NCBI RefSeq assembly: GCF_009914755.1
Contig: NC_060926.1
Source: the human T2T-CHM13v2.0 reference genome, Homo sapiens
Length of the DNA stretch: 64,000 nt
Direction: 5' to 3' (one strand)
In this document: in pieces, positions 13,891-28,198 of the stretch
How positions within the stretch are numbered: position 1 is the stretch's first letter
Layout: each line of letters starts with the position of its first letter
Translations under genes and position numbers: made by a program
The notes under the pieces: generated by a model
What the model saw: the letters and a program-made list of their open reading frames with translations, nothing else
What the model was told of the DNA's origin: nothing
Database searches by the model: none

Positions 13891-16575
13891 TATTTTTTGG
13901 GTCATGTGTAATCTGACAGTTTAAAATTATACAAAAATGTGCTGAAGTCCTTGCGTTCATTGCTTAGGGAGTATCTGTGTGCAAGAGGAACATTATATGA
14001 ATGAATAGAAATATAATTCAGGTCTCACCTATTTAGAAAAAAAAATGCTTCTTAATTCTCTTAATCTAAAGATTTCTTCTTTATCTCCTTTTGCTTTTTC
14101 TCCTTGCACTTTGTTAAAGAAACTATTGTTCTGTAGGTTTTCCTGTAGAGTCTGAGTTTTGCTGATTGCATCCCCATATTGTCATTTAACATGAACTGCT
14201 ACCTTCTGTATTTCCTATACATTGATCGTTAAATCTAGAGGCTTGAGCCAATTCAAGTTTGATTTTATTTACTTATTTATTCAAAGCTACTTCATAGGGA
14301 GAGCTTTTCTTCTCTGCCAGAAGGCCACAGTATCAATCTTATTGTAGTATTGTAGTACTTACAGCCATTCTTGATCAATGCCATGGATACCTATGTTAAT
14401 GTCTTTGCAGTCCTTTAAGTTGTTCCAGTTTGGATTTGCATAACACACCACTTCAAAACTTAATGGCTTACAGTAATGTCAGCAAGAATAGGAAGCCCTA
14501 GACCTTGTTTTCCCACAAAGACACTGACTTAACAATATATGACCCAAAAACATTTAGGATAGCTCCAGAAGCCAGTTGTGAATTCACAGCACCCTAGGCA
14601 GGATCAAAGCCATGAATAGTTCTATTGAAAGAGATACGACAAGTAGTTCCATTTGAATGATGTCAGCCCCTCTCTTAAGCCAGCATAGCTCATAATAGGG
14701 AGGAAAAGCCCAACTCATGGCTTCTGCCTTGAGAGGAAAATAGAAAAGTGAAATGTACATGCAATATACTAGCTTTTTAGGGGGTGAAAAAGTAAGGGGT
14801 TGGGTGGGAGTTGGGCTGCCCAGAATGTTGATTTCAGTCTTGCCTGACTCAGAGTGCTAGCTGAACCAGCATACCTTGGATACCTGGGGTCTACAGTGAA
14901 CAAAAGAGAGCTTAGTAGCTTTTTGCAGCACCAAGAACCCTGCCAGTACCACAGACAGGCGCAAGAGGGAGGAAGAAACTATAAACCGAAAAAGAAACTG
15001 ACAAACTTCTCTAATTGGGAATTTACATGCAGAGAGTGAGAGAAGATACATCTCCCCATAAAAGGATTGAGAGGCTGTCAGATTCTCTGGCTGTGCTGTT
15101 TGGTGAAGGTCTTCCCCTATAGAAAGCCAGTATGTAAAGATTGGGAGAGGTGGCTGTTTTTCAAATGCAAAAATCACAACAAAAAATAACAAGGCACACA
15201 AAGAAACAGGGAAATCAGTCAAAGAAACAAAATAAATCTCCATTAACTGACTCCGAAGAAACAGAGATCTATTAGTTACCTGAAAAAGAATTTATGATAA
15301 TCTTAAAGAAGCTCAATGTGTTACAAGAATACAGATAGACAGCTAAATGAAATCAGGCAAACAAAGCATGAACAGAATGAGGATATGAACAAAGATATAG
15401 AAACTATAAAAAAGAACAAACTAGAAATTCTGGAGCTGAAGAAAACAACTGGTTAGGAAAATTCACTGTGGAAGACCAACAAGAGACTTGATCAAACAGG
15501 AAAGAATCAGCTAACTCAAAGACAAGTCATTTGAAATTATTGAGTCAGAGTAACAACAGCAACACAAGAATGAAGAAAAGTAAAGAAAGCCTGAAGGACT
15601 TATGGTGTACCATCTGGCTGACCAATATATACATTATGGGAGTTCTAGAAGGAGAAGAGAGAATAGGACAGAGAGCTTATTTGAAGAAATAATGGTCAAA
15701 AACTTCCAAAATCTGAGGAAGAAAATGGACATTCAAATTCAAAAAACTCAACAGACTGTAGATATGATGAATCAGAAGAGGTCCACACTGTGACACATTA
15801 TAAACTGTCGAATGTCAAAGACAGAATCTGCAAAGCAGCAAGAGAAAAGCAACTTGACACATACAAGGGAGCTCCCATAAGTTATCAGTGGATTTCTATC
15901 AGAAATGTTACAGGTCAGAAAGAGTTGGAAGATATACTAAAAGTGCTGAAAGAAAAAAAACTGCCAATAATACTGTATCTGGCAAAATTATCATTTAAAG
16001 ATGAAGGAGAAATAAAGACCTTCTTGGATAAACAAAAGCTGAGGGAATTCATCATTTATCATCACTAGACCTTCTTTACAAGAAATGCTAAAAGGAATCT
16101 TTCAAGTTGAAACAAAAGGATGCTAGACAGCAACACAAAAACATATGAAAATGTAAAGCTCTCTAGTGAAGGAAAATATATAGATAAATACAGAATCCTA
16201 TAATCTGTTATGAAGTGCATAAATCACTTAATTCCAAAGTGATTCCAATTTAAAATTGGATATTTATCTTTTAAATTGGATTATCTTTTAAATTCCAATT
16301 TAAAAGATAAAAGCACTGAAAATAGCTAACTATAAAACTATGTTAATGAATATAAAATATAAAAAGATACGTAATTTGTGACACTGGTAACATAGAGGGA
16401 AGAGATGTAAAGGAATGAAATATTTATATGTGATTTAAGTTATCAGTTTAAAAGAGATCATTATAACTATGTTTTATGTAATCCTCATAGTAACCACAAA
16501 GAAAATACCTACAGAAGCTGCACAAAAAAAATGAGAACAGAATAAAAACACATCACTAAAAAAATCAATGAAACA

Positions 16576-16846
<271 letters not shown>

Positions 16847-18230
16847 TCAATGAAACATAAAGGGAGACAGCAAGAGAGAAAAGGAGAGACAAAATAACTG
16901 GAAAATATAGAAATAGTAAGTTCCATGGGAACGGTGAGAGCTTCTCTATCAGAAGTTACTTCAAATGTGAATGTTTACTTTAAACTCCTTAATCAAAGAA
17001 CAGAGAGTAGCTGATTTAATTATAAAAACTTCAAACAATAAATGCTGTTTATAAGGCACTCACTGTAGATATGAAGACTTAGGCTGAAAGTGAAAGGATG
17101 GAAAAAGATACTCCATGCAAATAGCAACCAAAGGAAAAAGGAGGTTAGCCCTACTTAGACAAAATAAACTTTAAGTCAAAAACTCACAAGAGACAAAGAA
17201 GGACATTATATAATGATAAAAGGATCAGTTCTCCAGGAACTCAAAACAAGTCTAAATATATATGCATCGAACAGTAGAGCACCCAAATATATAAAGCAAA
17301 CACTAGCAGAATTGAAGGAAGAAATAGTAACGCAGTTAACAGTAGGATATTTAAATATTTCACTTTTCATAAGGGATAGATCAACTAGACAGAAGATCAT
17401 AAGGAAACAAAGGACTTCAATAACATTATAGTCCAATTGGATCTAACAGATATACAGAACACTCCACTCAACAACAGCATAACACACATTTTTCTCAAGC
17501 ACATATAGAACGTTTTCCAGTATAAATCATGTTAGGCCATCAAAAGCGGTCTTAACAAATTTAAGTAGATTGAAATCACTTTATGTATTTTTTCTGACCA
17601 CACTGAAATAAAACTAGAAATCAACATCAAAAGGGAAACTGGAAAATTCATAAATATGTGGTGATTAATCAACACACTCTTGAACAACCACTGTGTCAAA
17701 AAAATCACCAGAGAAATTAGAAAACATCTGAAGGCAAATGAAAACGAATACACAACATATTAAAACTTACGGAATGCAGCAAAAGCAGTACTCAGAGGAA
17801 AGTTTATAGTGGTAGACACATTAAAAAAGAAGGCTCTCATATCAACAAAATAACTTTACACTCAAGGAACCAGAAAAAGAACAAACTAATCCCGAAGCTA
17901 GTAGAAGGAAGGATATAATAAAGATTTGAACAGAAATAAATAAAAAGAGAATAAAAATGATTTTAAAAAATTAACAAAACTAAGATGGCTTTTAGAAAAT
18001 ATCAACAAAATTGACTAGCCATTAGCTAGACTTAAATAAAAAAAGACAAGACTCCAATAACAAAAATCAGAAATGAAAGAGCAGACAAAACAACGGATGC
18101 CACAGAACTGAAAAGGACTATAAGAGACTACTATGAACAATTACACAGCAACACATTTGATAACCTAGAAATGGATAAATTTCTAGAAACATATAACCTA
18201 CCAAGACTGAATCACTAAGAAATAAAAATA

Positions 18231-18520
18231 GGCCAGTCACGGTGGCTCACACCTGTAATCCCAGCACCTTGGGAGGCCAATACAGGAGGATTGCTTGAGT
18301 CCAGGAGTTTGAGATCAGCCTGGGCAACATAGTGAGACCCTGTCTATACAAAAAATAAAAGCAAAATTAGCCAGGCATGGTGGCACATAGCTGCAGTCTC
18401 AGCTACTCAGGAGGCTGAGGTGGGAGGATTGCTTGAGCCTGGGAGGTCAAGGCTGCAGCAGTGAGCTGTGATCATGACACTGTACTCAGCAAGACCCTGT
18501 CTCCAAAAACAAAAACAAAC
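18231..18520 (+). mobile_element. Alu (AluJ-like)
   Basis: ggattgcttgagtccaggagtttgag, aggtcaaggctgcag J-type positions. Confidence 0.95.
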
Positions 18521-18521
18521 A

Positions 18522-18846
18522 GGTGGCTCACGCCTGTAATCCCAGCACTTTGGGAGGCCAAGGCAGGCAGACCACCTGAGATCAGGAGTTCGAGACCAGC
18601 CTGGCCAACATGGTGAAACCCTGTCTCTACTAAAAATACAAAAATTAGCCAGGCATGGTGGTGGGTGCCTGTAATCCCAGCTGCTAGGGAGGATGAGACA
18701 GGAGAATCCCTTGAACATGGGAGGCAGAGGTTGTAGTGAGCTGTGAGCTGTGATTGCACCACTGCACTCCAGCCTGGGTGACAAGAGCGAAACTCTGTCT
18801 CAGAAAAAAAAACAAAAAAAAACAAAGCCAAACCAACAAACAAAAA
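18522..18846 (+). mobile_element. Alu (AluSq/Sx-like), abutting the tail of the preceding AluJ
   Basis: Starts ggtggctcacgcctgtaat; acaagagcgaaactc; A-rich tail. Confidence 0.95.
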
Positions 18847-19898
18847 CTCACCACCACCACCACCAAAATATACTACAAAGCGACAGTCAGCAAAACAATA
18901 TGGTACTGGCATGAAAACTAACATGTAGACCAATAGAATACAGAACCAAGAAATAAGTTTGTGTATCTATAGCCAACTGATTTTTGAGAAAGGTATTCCA
19001 AAAATATGTTGAGGGGAAGGACAGTCTCTTCAGTAAATAGTGGTGGGAAAACTGGATATCCATATGTAGAAGAATGAAACTAGACTCCTAGTTCTCACCA
19101 TGCACAAAAATCATCTCAAGATGGATTACGGACTCAAATATAAGACCCAAAACTATGAAACTACCAGAAGAAAGTATGGGAGAAATGCTTCAGGGCATTG
19201 GTCTGGGCAAAGATTTTATGGCTAAGACCTCAAAAACATAGGCAACAAAAGCAAAAATAGACAAATAGTATTATATAAAACTAAAAAGCTTTTGCACAAC
19301 AGAATAAACAATCAACAGAGTGAAAAGACAACTGGAAGAATGGGAGACAATATTTGCAAACTATCCAACAAGAGTTTAATATCCAGAATATACAAGGAAC
19401 TCAACAATTCAACAGCAAAAAAGCAAATAATCTAACAAAAATGAGGCTATAATCTGAATAGATATTTTTCAGCAGAAGTCATATTAAAGGCCAACAAGTA
19501 TATGAAACAATGTTCCACATCACTGGTCATCAGGAAAGTATAAATCAAAACCATGATGATATATCATCTCTCACTCCAGGTACAATGGCTGTCAACGAAA
19601 AGACAAAAAATAACAAATGCTGGTGAGGATACAGAGAAGGGGGAGCTCATACACTGCTGGTGGGAATGTAGATTAATACAGCCATTATGGAAAACAGTAT
19701 GGAGTTTCCTCAGAAAACTAAAAATGGAACTATCATATGATTCACCAGTATCACTGCTGGGTATATATCCAAAGTAATTGAAATCAGTATATTGAAGAGC
19801 TATCTGCACTCCCATGTTTATTGCAGCACTGTTCATAGTAGCCAAGATATGGAATCAATCTGTGTTCATCTAGAGATGGATAGATAAAGAAAATATAA

Positions 19899-20220
19899 GG
19901 CCAGGTGTGGTGGCTTATGCCTGTAATCCCAGCACTTTGGGAGGCTGAGGAGAGAGGATTGTTTGAACCTAGAAGTTTGAGACCAGCCTGAGCAACAAAG
20001 CAAGACCCAGTCTCTACAAAAATTACAAAAATTATTTGGGTATGGTGGTACATGCCTATAATCCTAGGTACTCAGGAGGCTGAGGTGGGAGGATTGCTTG
20101 AGCTGGGAGGTTGAGGCTGTGGTGAGCCATGATTGCTCCATTGTACTACAGCCTGGATGACAGAGTGTGAGACCCTGTCTCAAAAACAACAACAAAAAAA
20201 CAAAGGAAAAGAAAGAAAAA
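19899..20220 (+). mobile_element. Alu (AluJ-like) in L1 3' region
   Basis: ggccaggtgtggtggc...gagaccctgtctc plus mixed A tail. Confidence 0.95.
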
Positions 20221-20639
20221 TGTATGTTCTCACTCGTGTGGAAGCTAAAAATGTTGATCTCATGGAAGTAGGGAATGGAAGGCTAGGAAGAGTAGGGTGA
20301 AGGAAGGTATTGGGAGAGGTTGGTTAATGTATACAATATTAAAGCTAGATGAGAGGAATCAGTTCTAGTGTTCTACAGCACTGTAGAGTGACTATCGTTA
20401 ACAAAGAAATGATATATGTTTGAGGTAAGATATACTAATTACCCTGATTTGATCATTACACATTGTACATATATATCAAAGTATCATACTGTATCCATAA
20501 ATGTGTACAATTACTATGTGTTAGTTAAATATAATAATTTTTTAAAAATTAGCTTATTTTTTCATTGAGTGTCTTAATCTATTTGGCTGTTGAATCTTAT
20601 TAAACCTGATTTTTTTTTTTTGTTATAAATAATTTGGTC

Positions 20640-21480
20640 ATGTTGTCTGAAAATCCAAAGATTGTGTATTTGGTGTGTGCCCTTTCAATGCGTAGCTTTA
20701 AGTATATTTCTTTGTTTATAAATTTTAGAAACATTTTCTTGGATGATAATTCCACATTTGTTGTAATCCATTACTTTTCTTTTTCAGGAGCTCCTCTTAC
20801 ATGTATGTTAAATCTTCTTCTTTGTGTTTCTTTATATGTTACTTTATCTCATGTTTATAATTGCTTTCTTAATTTGTTTTCTTTCCAAATTTTTTATTGT
20901 GTTAAAATGCACCTATCACAAAATTTACCATCTTAACCATTTTTTAGTATTCAGTGGTATTGAATACATACATAATGTTGTACGCTTATCATCACCATGC
21001 ATCTGTCTCCTCACATTTTCAGTTTTTATTTTGTCTTTAATTGTATCCTTTTCATCTTCTATTACTTTTAAGGTATTATCAGTTACGTTTGTTTGCTCTC
21101 ATGTTCCTTCTGGTTTTGTTTTCATTTTTGAAAAAAATTTCTTTCATTTCTAATTTTTTTTTGCATTTTATCACCTTATTTCTGGGTTTTCTAATTCTGA
21201 TTTATATATTTAAATATCTTCTATTGCTTTCTTAATTTCTTCTAGCTTGTTTGGACATAATAAGTTAGATTTTCTATATAGATATTTTCTGTATCTATCC
21301 ATAGATATAATTTTTCCCTTTATCTTTTTTTTTCTCTCTAATAAGAACTTTCCATGAGATTCAACTGTAATATTTCCTGCGGCTCATTTTAATGTAAAAG
21401 TAGTTATTCTAAATATTTAGGTAGGAGGGTTGTGTCAATATAGCTTTTGTAGCTTTCCAGTTCTAACATTCTCAATTCTG
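20640..21480 (-). mobile_element. HAL1/old L1-like antisense relic
   Basis: tgtgccctttcaat...gaaacattttcttggat...ttcaggagctcctcttacatgtatgtt; very T-rich antisense ORF1-like sequence. Confidence 0.5.
20888..21008 (-). mobile_element. LINE-1 3' terminal fragment (L1MB-like)
   Basis: ttttattgtgttaaaat...aaaatttaccatcttaaccatttt...ttcagtggtattgaatacat...aatgttgtac. Confidence 0.75.
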
Positions 21481-21989
21481 TTTTTAAAACTATGGCCTCA
21501 TACTGTGAAGTTTCCTGGGTTTTCTCCTCTCCCATTTTTACCTGGGTCATTTCTTTGCTTTAATTCTATTGCCCCATCCTGCCCAATTTGCATTCCACTA
21601 CCAGCCACTTGTCCTTTGTGAGGGCAGCTTCAGACCCTTTGTACTCTCACCTGTGAGTTGGAATGGGCAGTAGTGTCTCTCATTTTCAGTTGCTGTTCTC
21701 AAATTGGCCCTCCATGCTTCTCAAGGAATACCTTGGAAGGAGTTTGCAATTTGGAGGTGTCAGTGGTTTCTTCCCACCTGTTTGTATTTTGTCATTCATG
21801 GAGATACCTTGTTATAGCTTTGTTGTAGATTGTCAAGGGGGTTTTGGTTATTCTACTTAAAAAGTACGTTTACTGTCTTTATTTAAGAAGCTGATTATTG
21901 AATTTTGCTATACATTAATAAAATGATATCCAGACAAAGTCATTGCTAATATATATGCATGTCTGTTTTTTCCTTCTCCAACAACCTTG

Positions 21990-22553
<564 letters not shown>

Positions 22554-22621
22554 TAATGTTTCTTCTCTAGCTGTTTGCTTTTAATGCTTTAAAAACATTT
22601 TTTTATAAAATTTTATGGAAT

Positions 22622-22871
22622 AGCCAGGCACAGTGGATCACTTGAGTCTAGGAGTTTGAGACCAGCCAAGGCAACATAGCAAAACCCCGTCTCTAAAAAA
22701 TATATACAAAATTTAGCTGGTGGTGGTGGTGGGTGCCTGTCGTCCCAGTTACTAGGGAGGTTGAGGTAGGTGGATCGCTTGAGTCAAGGAGGTGGAGGCT
22801 GCAGAGAGCCATGATTGTGCCAATACACTCTAGCCTGAGTAACAGAGCAAGACCCTGTCTCAGAAAAAAAA
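22622..22871 (+). mobile_element. Alu (AluJ-like) with ~44-nt left-arm deletion
   Basis: agccaggcacagtgg joined directly to atcacttgag; rest of dimer intact. Confidence 0.93.
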
Positions 22872-22949
22872 TTAACTAACAAAAGAAAGAACATGACCTT
22901 GGAGTCAAGTAGTTAGATGGTATAGCTTAAGCATTTACTAGCTATGTGA

Positions 22950-23306
<357 letters not shown>

Positions 23307-23338
23307 TGATTCTTCCTAAAAGAATTAAATGGGCAATT

Positions 23339-23550
23339 ATTTTTTGCTTTGAGATGGAGTCTCGCTCTGTTGCCCCGGCTGGAGTGCAGTGGTACAATCT
23401 CGGCTAACTGCAAGCTCCGCTCCCTGGGTTCACGCCATTCTTCTGCCTCAGCATCCCGAGTAGCTGGGACTACAGGTGCCCGCCACCACACCTGGCTAAT
23501 TTTTTTGTGTGTTTTTAGTAGAGATGGGGTTTCACTCTGTTAGCCAGGAT
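23339..23550 (-). mobile_element. AluY, 5'-truncated
   Basis: Y diagnostics caagctcc, ttcacgccattc, ttagccaggat; perfect 15-bp TSD attaaatgggcaatt (23324-23338, 23551-23565). Confidence 0.95.
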
Positions 23551-23827
23551 ATTAAATGGGCAATTCTTTTTTAATCAGTGTATGAAATTTGCTTTGGAAT
23601 TTCATTTGAATGATTATTTTTTATTGTGAAGAATAAATGAGATAATGTATATAAAGTACATACCATAGTAGTCAGCGAATAAATTGTAGCTATTACTACT
23701 GTTGCTGTGAGGCTCAATCTAATAACTTGTCTAAGGTTCGAACTTTTGCATCAGCCCCCAAAATCCTGTTTGTACTAAAATATACTATCTAAAAACATTC
23801 ATAATACAAATATTCCATATATCCTCT

Positions 23828-23940
23828 TTCATTTTTAACAAATATTTATGGATGATACAATGTAAGCAAGAACCTGAGGATACAAAAAAGTAAGACTTGG
23901 TGCCTGTCACCTAGGAGCCCACAGTTGGTAGAGAGGACGG
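23828..23940 (-). mobile_element. L2 3' fragment
   Basis: ttcatt..aacaaatatttat...gaggatacaaaa...taagacttggtgcctgtc..ctaggagcccacagt. Confidence 0.6.
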
Positions 23941-25425
23941 GCAGATATAGGAAAGAAGAAATTGCTTTTCCTAAATTATGCATCCCAGAAAATAGCATTC
24001 TGGAGTGTGGTTTTGAACAGAATTCTATTCTGCAGATAGCAAAACATAAGTTACATGTTGATGAGATTAAATGTTCAAATCAAATAATGAAATATATTTA
24101 TTTAGATACATTTAATGTCTTCTTATATAAGTTATCAAGTTGCATTTTTTCTAGCTGCATTTAAATCTATGTGCATTTCCTTCCTACTTCTCCTGAGATT
24201 GATATGCAGCCAGCATTTCAGTTACCAGCGTGAGGAATAAACCGGGAGAGAGGAAAGATAGTGAAGCAGCTGTCTTCCATTACAACGTGTCTAAATGGAT
24301 AGTTCTACCATGATGTTTCTTTCAATTCCTTCCGGGTTTGGGTGAGAGGGGTGGAAGGAATGTTTCCATTGGTGAAATGGTAGCTGAACTGCCAAATGGT
24401 ATGACCTGCTATCAACACTACTAAAAAGAAAATCAGAGACATGGATTATTATTGGCCAACATATGTTTTTTTGTGGGCATTTCCTTTGTGTTTCATTTTA
24501 TGAAAAATGATAGGTATCGCATTAAAAAATCAAATAATTTATAATAATTGGAACCTCATTAGTAGATTTTACATTTTATATACCAAAATGTTAACAATCT
24601 ATGTTTTAAAAATTAAACCTCCAACCACTAACAAATCAGAGCTAAAGAAATAATCCCATTATTGAAGAAGGATCATTGTGGTAGATTGAGTGCCAGAATT
24701 TTTTTTAAAAACAGTGCTATGTTTAGTACATTTTAGAAATAATTCCATAAAATGGTATGTTTTATAAGCGTGGATTTAGAGATAAATTATCTTGGGAAGG
24801 TAAGTTAACGAAGACAAATTCTGTTTAATATGTAATAACCAACTCTGGACAATGAAACCTTTCCATCCATGACTTTACTCTGTGTGGAATTTTTTAGTAG
24901 ATACCTGAAGTTACAAAATATAAAAACAATCCTCTCTCCTTGGGGAAGTTACAGTTTAATGTGGAATAAGTAAACTCCACATTTAATGTAGAATAAGTAT
25001 GGTAGAAACCCAATTGACAAAAGTTAAAACAGTTTATGCGGTGAGAATTCAACTACCTAGAGACTTGTGGACTTTCTAGAATCATTGTCTTCTGTGCCTG
25101 ATCTTTGGTTATTACTGGGATACCCGTCATTTATCTCTGCCCTTCTTTTACAAACCTTTCAATCCGTAAACTGGGACCAGTTGTTCTATTTAGAGATTAC
25201 CCATGAGGCACCATCCAAATTGAATACTACTAAGCAGCAATTACATGATTTGTAGCAGAGATTATTTGGCTATTTGCAGCACAAGGCAAAGGAGAAGGAA
25301 TATAATCTCCATTCACATATACCTGTGTGCATATACATGGTATATGTGCATCATAATAAACATCACAGTTCTTCTTTGGAATTGTGAAATATCCTCTGAA
25401 CTTAATAGAAATTTAGTAAGCATTG

Positions 25426-25813
<388 letters not shown>

Positions 25814-26579
25814 TCAAAGGAAATATAACCAAGTCAACATGAAAATCATTCTGTTACTATTTAATTCCTATATGTCTATCAACCCAACTAGACCTATAAT
25901 CTCTAAGGCAGTGACTGCTTCCTTTCAGATTCAAATTCAGCAAACAACTGTGTTAAATGTTATTCCTGACCTTCCTCACTATGCCAGACCAAATGCTCCT
26001 CCCTGTACTCCAAATAACATTGCGTGATATCTCTATTAATTGCACTAACAGCACTGTAAATACATGGAAACCCTCTATGCTGCAATTCTCTATTTCCGTT
26101 TTTGCTCTCTATTCTGCTAAAATGTAAGCTCCTCATACTAATAACTTTTCTTTATTCAGTGCCTGGTATGTAGAACTGAGTAATATTTATGACATTCATC
26201 GTGAAAGACTGGCCAGACACAAGAATGACAAGAAAAGACCTGAGACATAGTGATAGATGAAACTCGAGAATGTATTATTATTTGAACAAACTTGATTCTA
26301 ATATTTACCAAAATGATACAGTTGAAAAGAGTCAAAATGTAATCCTTCTATAGCATGTGGCTTAGTTTAATATCCATGTTCCATTATTTCTTTTGTATCC
26401 TCTTGAGTATTTAATAAATTTTATTAATATCTGATTTAAATTTTAAAGTAGATAAATTAGGCTTTAATAAAAACAAATGGAAACTTTTAGTAAGTGGTTG
26501 GACTTGTTCTGAATAAAGGAATATAGAATGGACCTTATTTGAAAAGTTGAAGTTTTTAAATAGTAAGAATATAGGTTGA

Positions 26580-26874
<295 letters not shown>

Positions 26875-27999
26875 CTATAGGTAGAAATTTTTGAAAGGAA
26901 TAACTGGTGTGGCAAGTAGAGCTGGCAACATTGTGTATATTACAAGGATGGCCTTCAAAAGGCAGAGGACTGTTGGATACCTCACTATTTTAAAGAGAAA
27001 TTTTATTTAAAAAAGAAATCTTATGCATGATCTCATTTCAGTGTTGATTTACTAGAAGCATATGATGGACCTACGAACAGGACCCTTCAAATCAAAATGC
27101 ATCGTTTAGGAATATTCTGAAGGGGAAAGTCTGTGACTGCATTCTCTGAGAACCATCTGCTCACCTACTTATGTCCCTTAAAACTGAAGCTTTAGGATAT
27201 CCTTTGAAACCTTTTTGTTTCTTATCATATAATGTATGGTACCATAAATACCATTGCATTTGATTTTTGTGTGAAACAACACTAAATCACTACTAAAAAG
27301 GAAAGAATGAGGTTATCTTGCTGACAATTTAAAGAAAAGACTTCTTCATAATATATTTACGACATCTAAAATGCCTTTTGTCCTCAGGGTAGCACTGTAG
27401 TTCTTCGGTGCTTGAGTTGATACTGCAATTTAATACTGTACCTACAAAGAAAATTACAGTTTTTAAACTGTTTATTCCAAGTGCTTTCAAAATGAAGACA
27501 CTACTAAAGTGGTGAAAGCATGTGGTTGGAAAAAAAAAAGTAGTAGGAGATTATTAATTTCTTAAAGGTAAAGATTATTGCAAATTCAAAAGATCCCACT
27601 CATTATCAATATGTGGTCCTTCTACAGTTTTGCATAGTATAACATATTCTTAAAATGGGATACATAGTGACTTTGTAGCATCAACTATTTAAATTTTCTA
27701 GCTCCTGAGTCCTTTTCTTGCTGTGAAATGTGTTCATTTTATTGTGTGATGATATTAACATATATCAAGAATATAAGTGAAATATTAAATCTTGTCACGT
27801 TCAGGGTTTTAGGGTTCTTAAAAATGTGTAAAGGTTTTTTTACACTGTGTAAAAAAAAACTTTATATGTTTGTGAGATTTTGAGTTACCTAATTTTATAA
27901 ACTAAATTACTTTGTGAAAAAAAAAATGCTTAGAATCATATGTTCCATGTAGCTCAATATTGTTTTCTGGAATTGAATTAAATTATATCTACAGTTGCT

Positions 28000-28198
28000 T
28001 AACAGAAAGAGCACTTAATTTGTAATCCACAGACCTCGTGGTCTTAGGCAAGCCATGTAATTTACTTGTCTTTCAATTTCCTCATCTGTAAAATGGGGAT
28101 AATAACTCAAAGGATTGGTCTAAGGATCAATGCTTATGAATAAAAAGCACCTAGTACATGACACATGGTGGGTGCTATATCCCAGCTATTATTATTAT
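28000..28198 (+). mobile_element. MIR SINE
   Basis: tcttaggcaag...tttcctcatctgtaaaatggggataata core. Confidence 0.75.

Noticed and set aside
27835-27857. 11-bp palindrome tttttttacac-t-gtgtaaaaaaa
   Set aside because: Mostly homopolymer; likely chance in AT-rich DNA.
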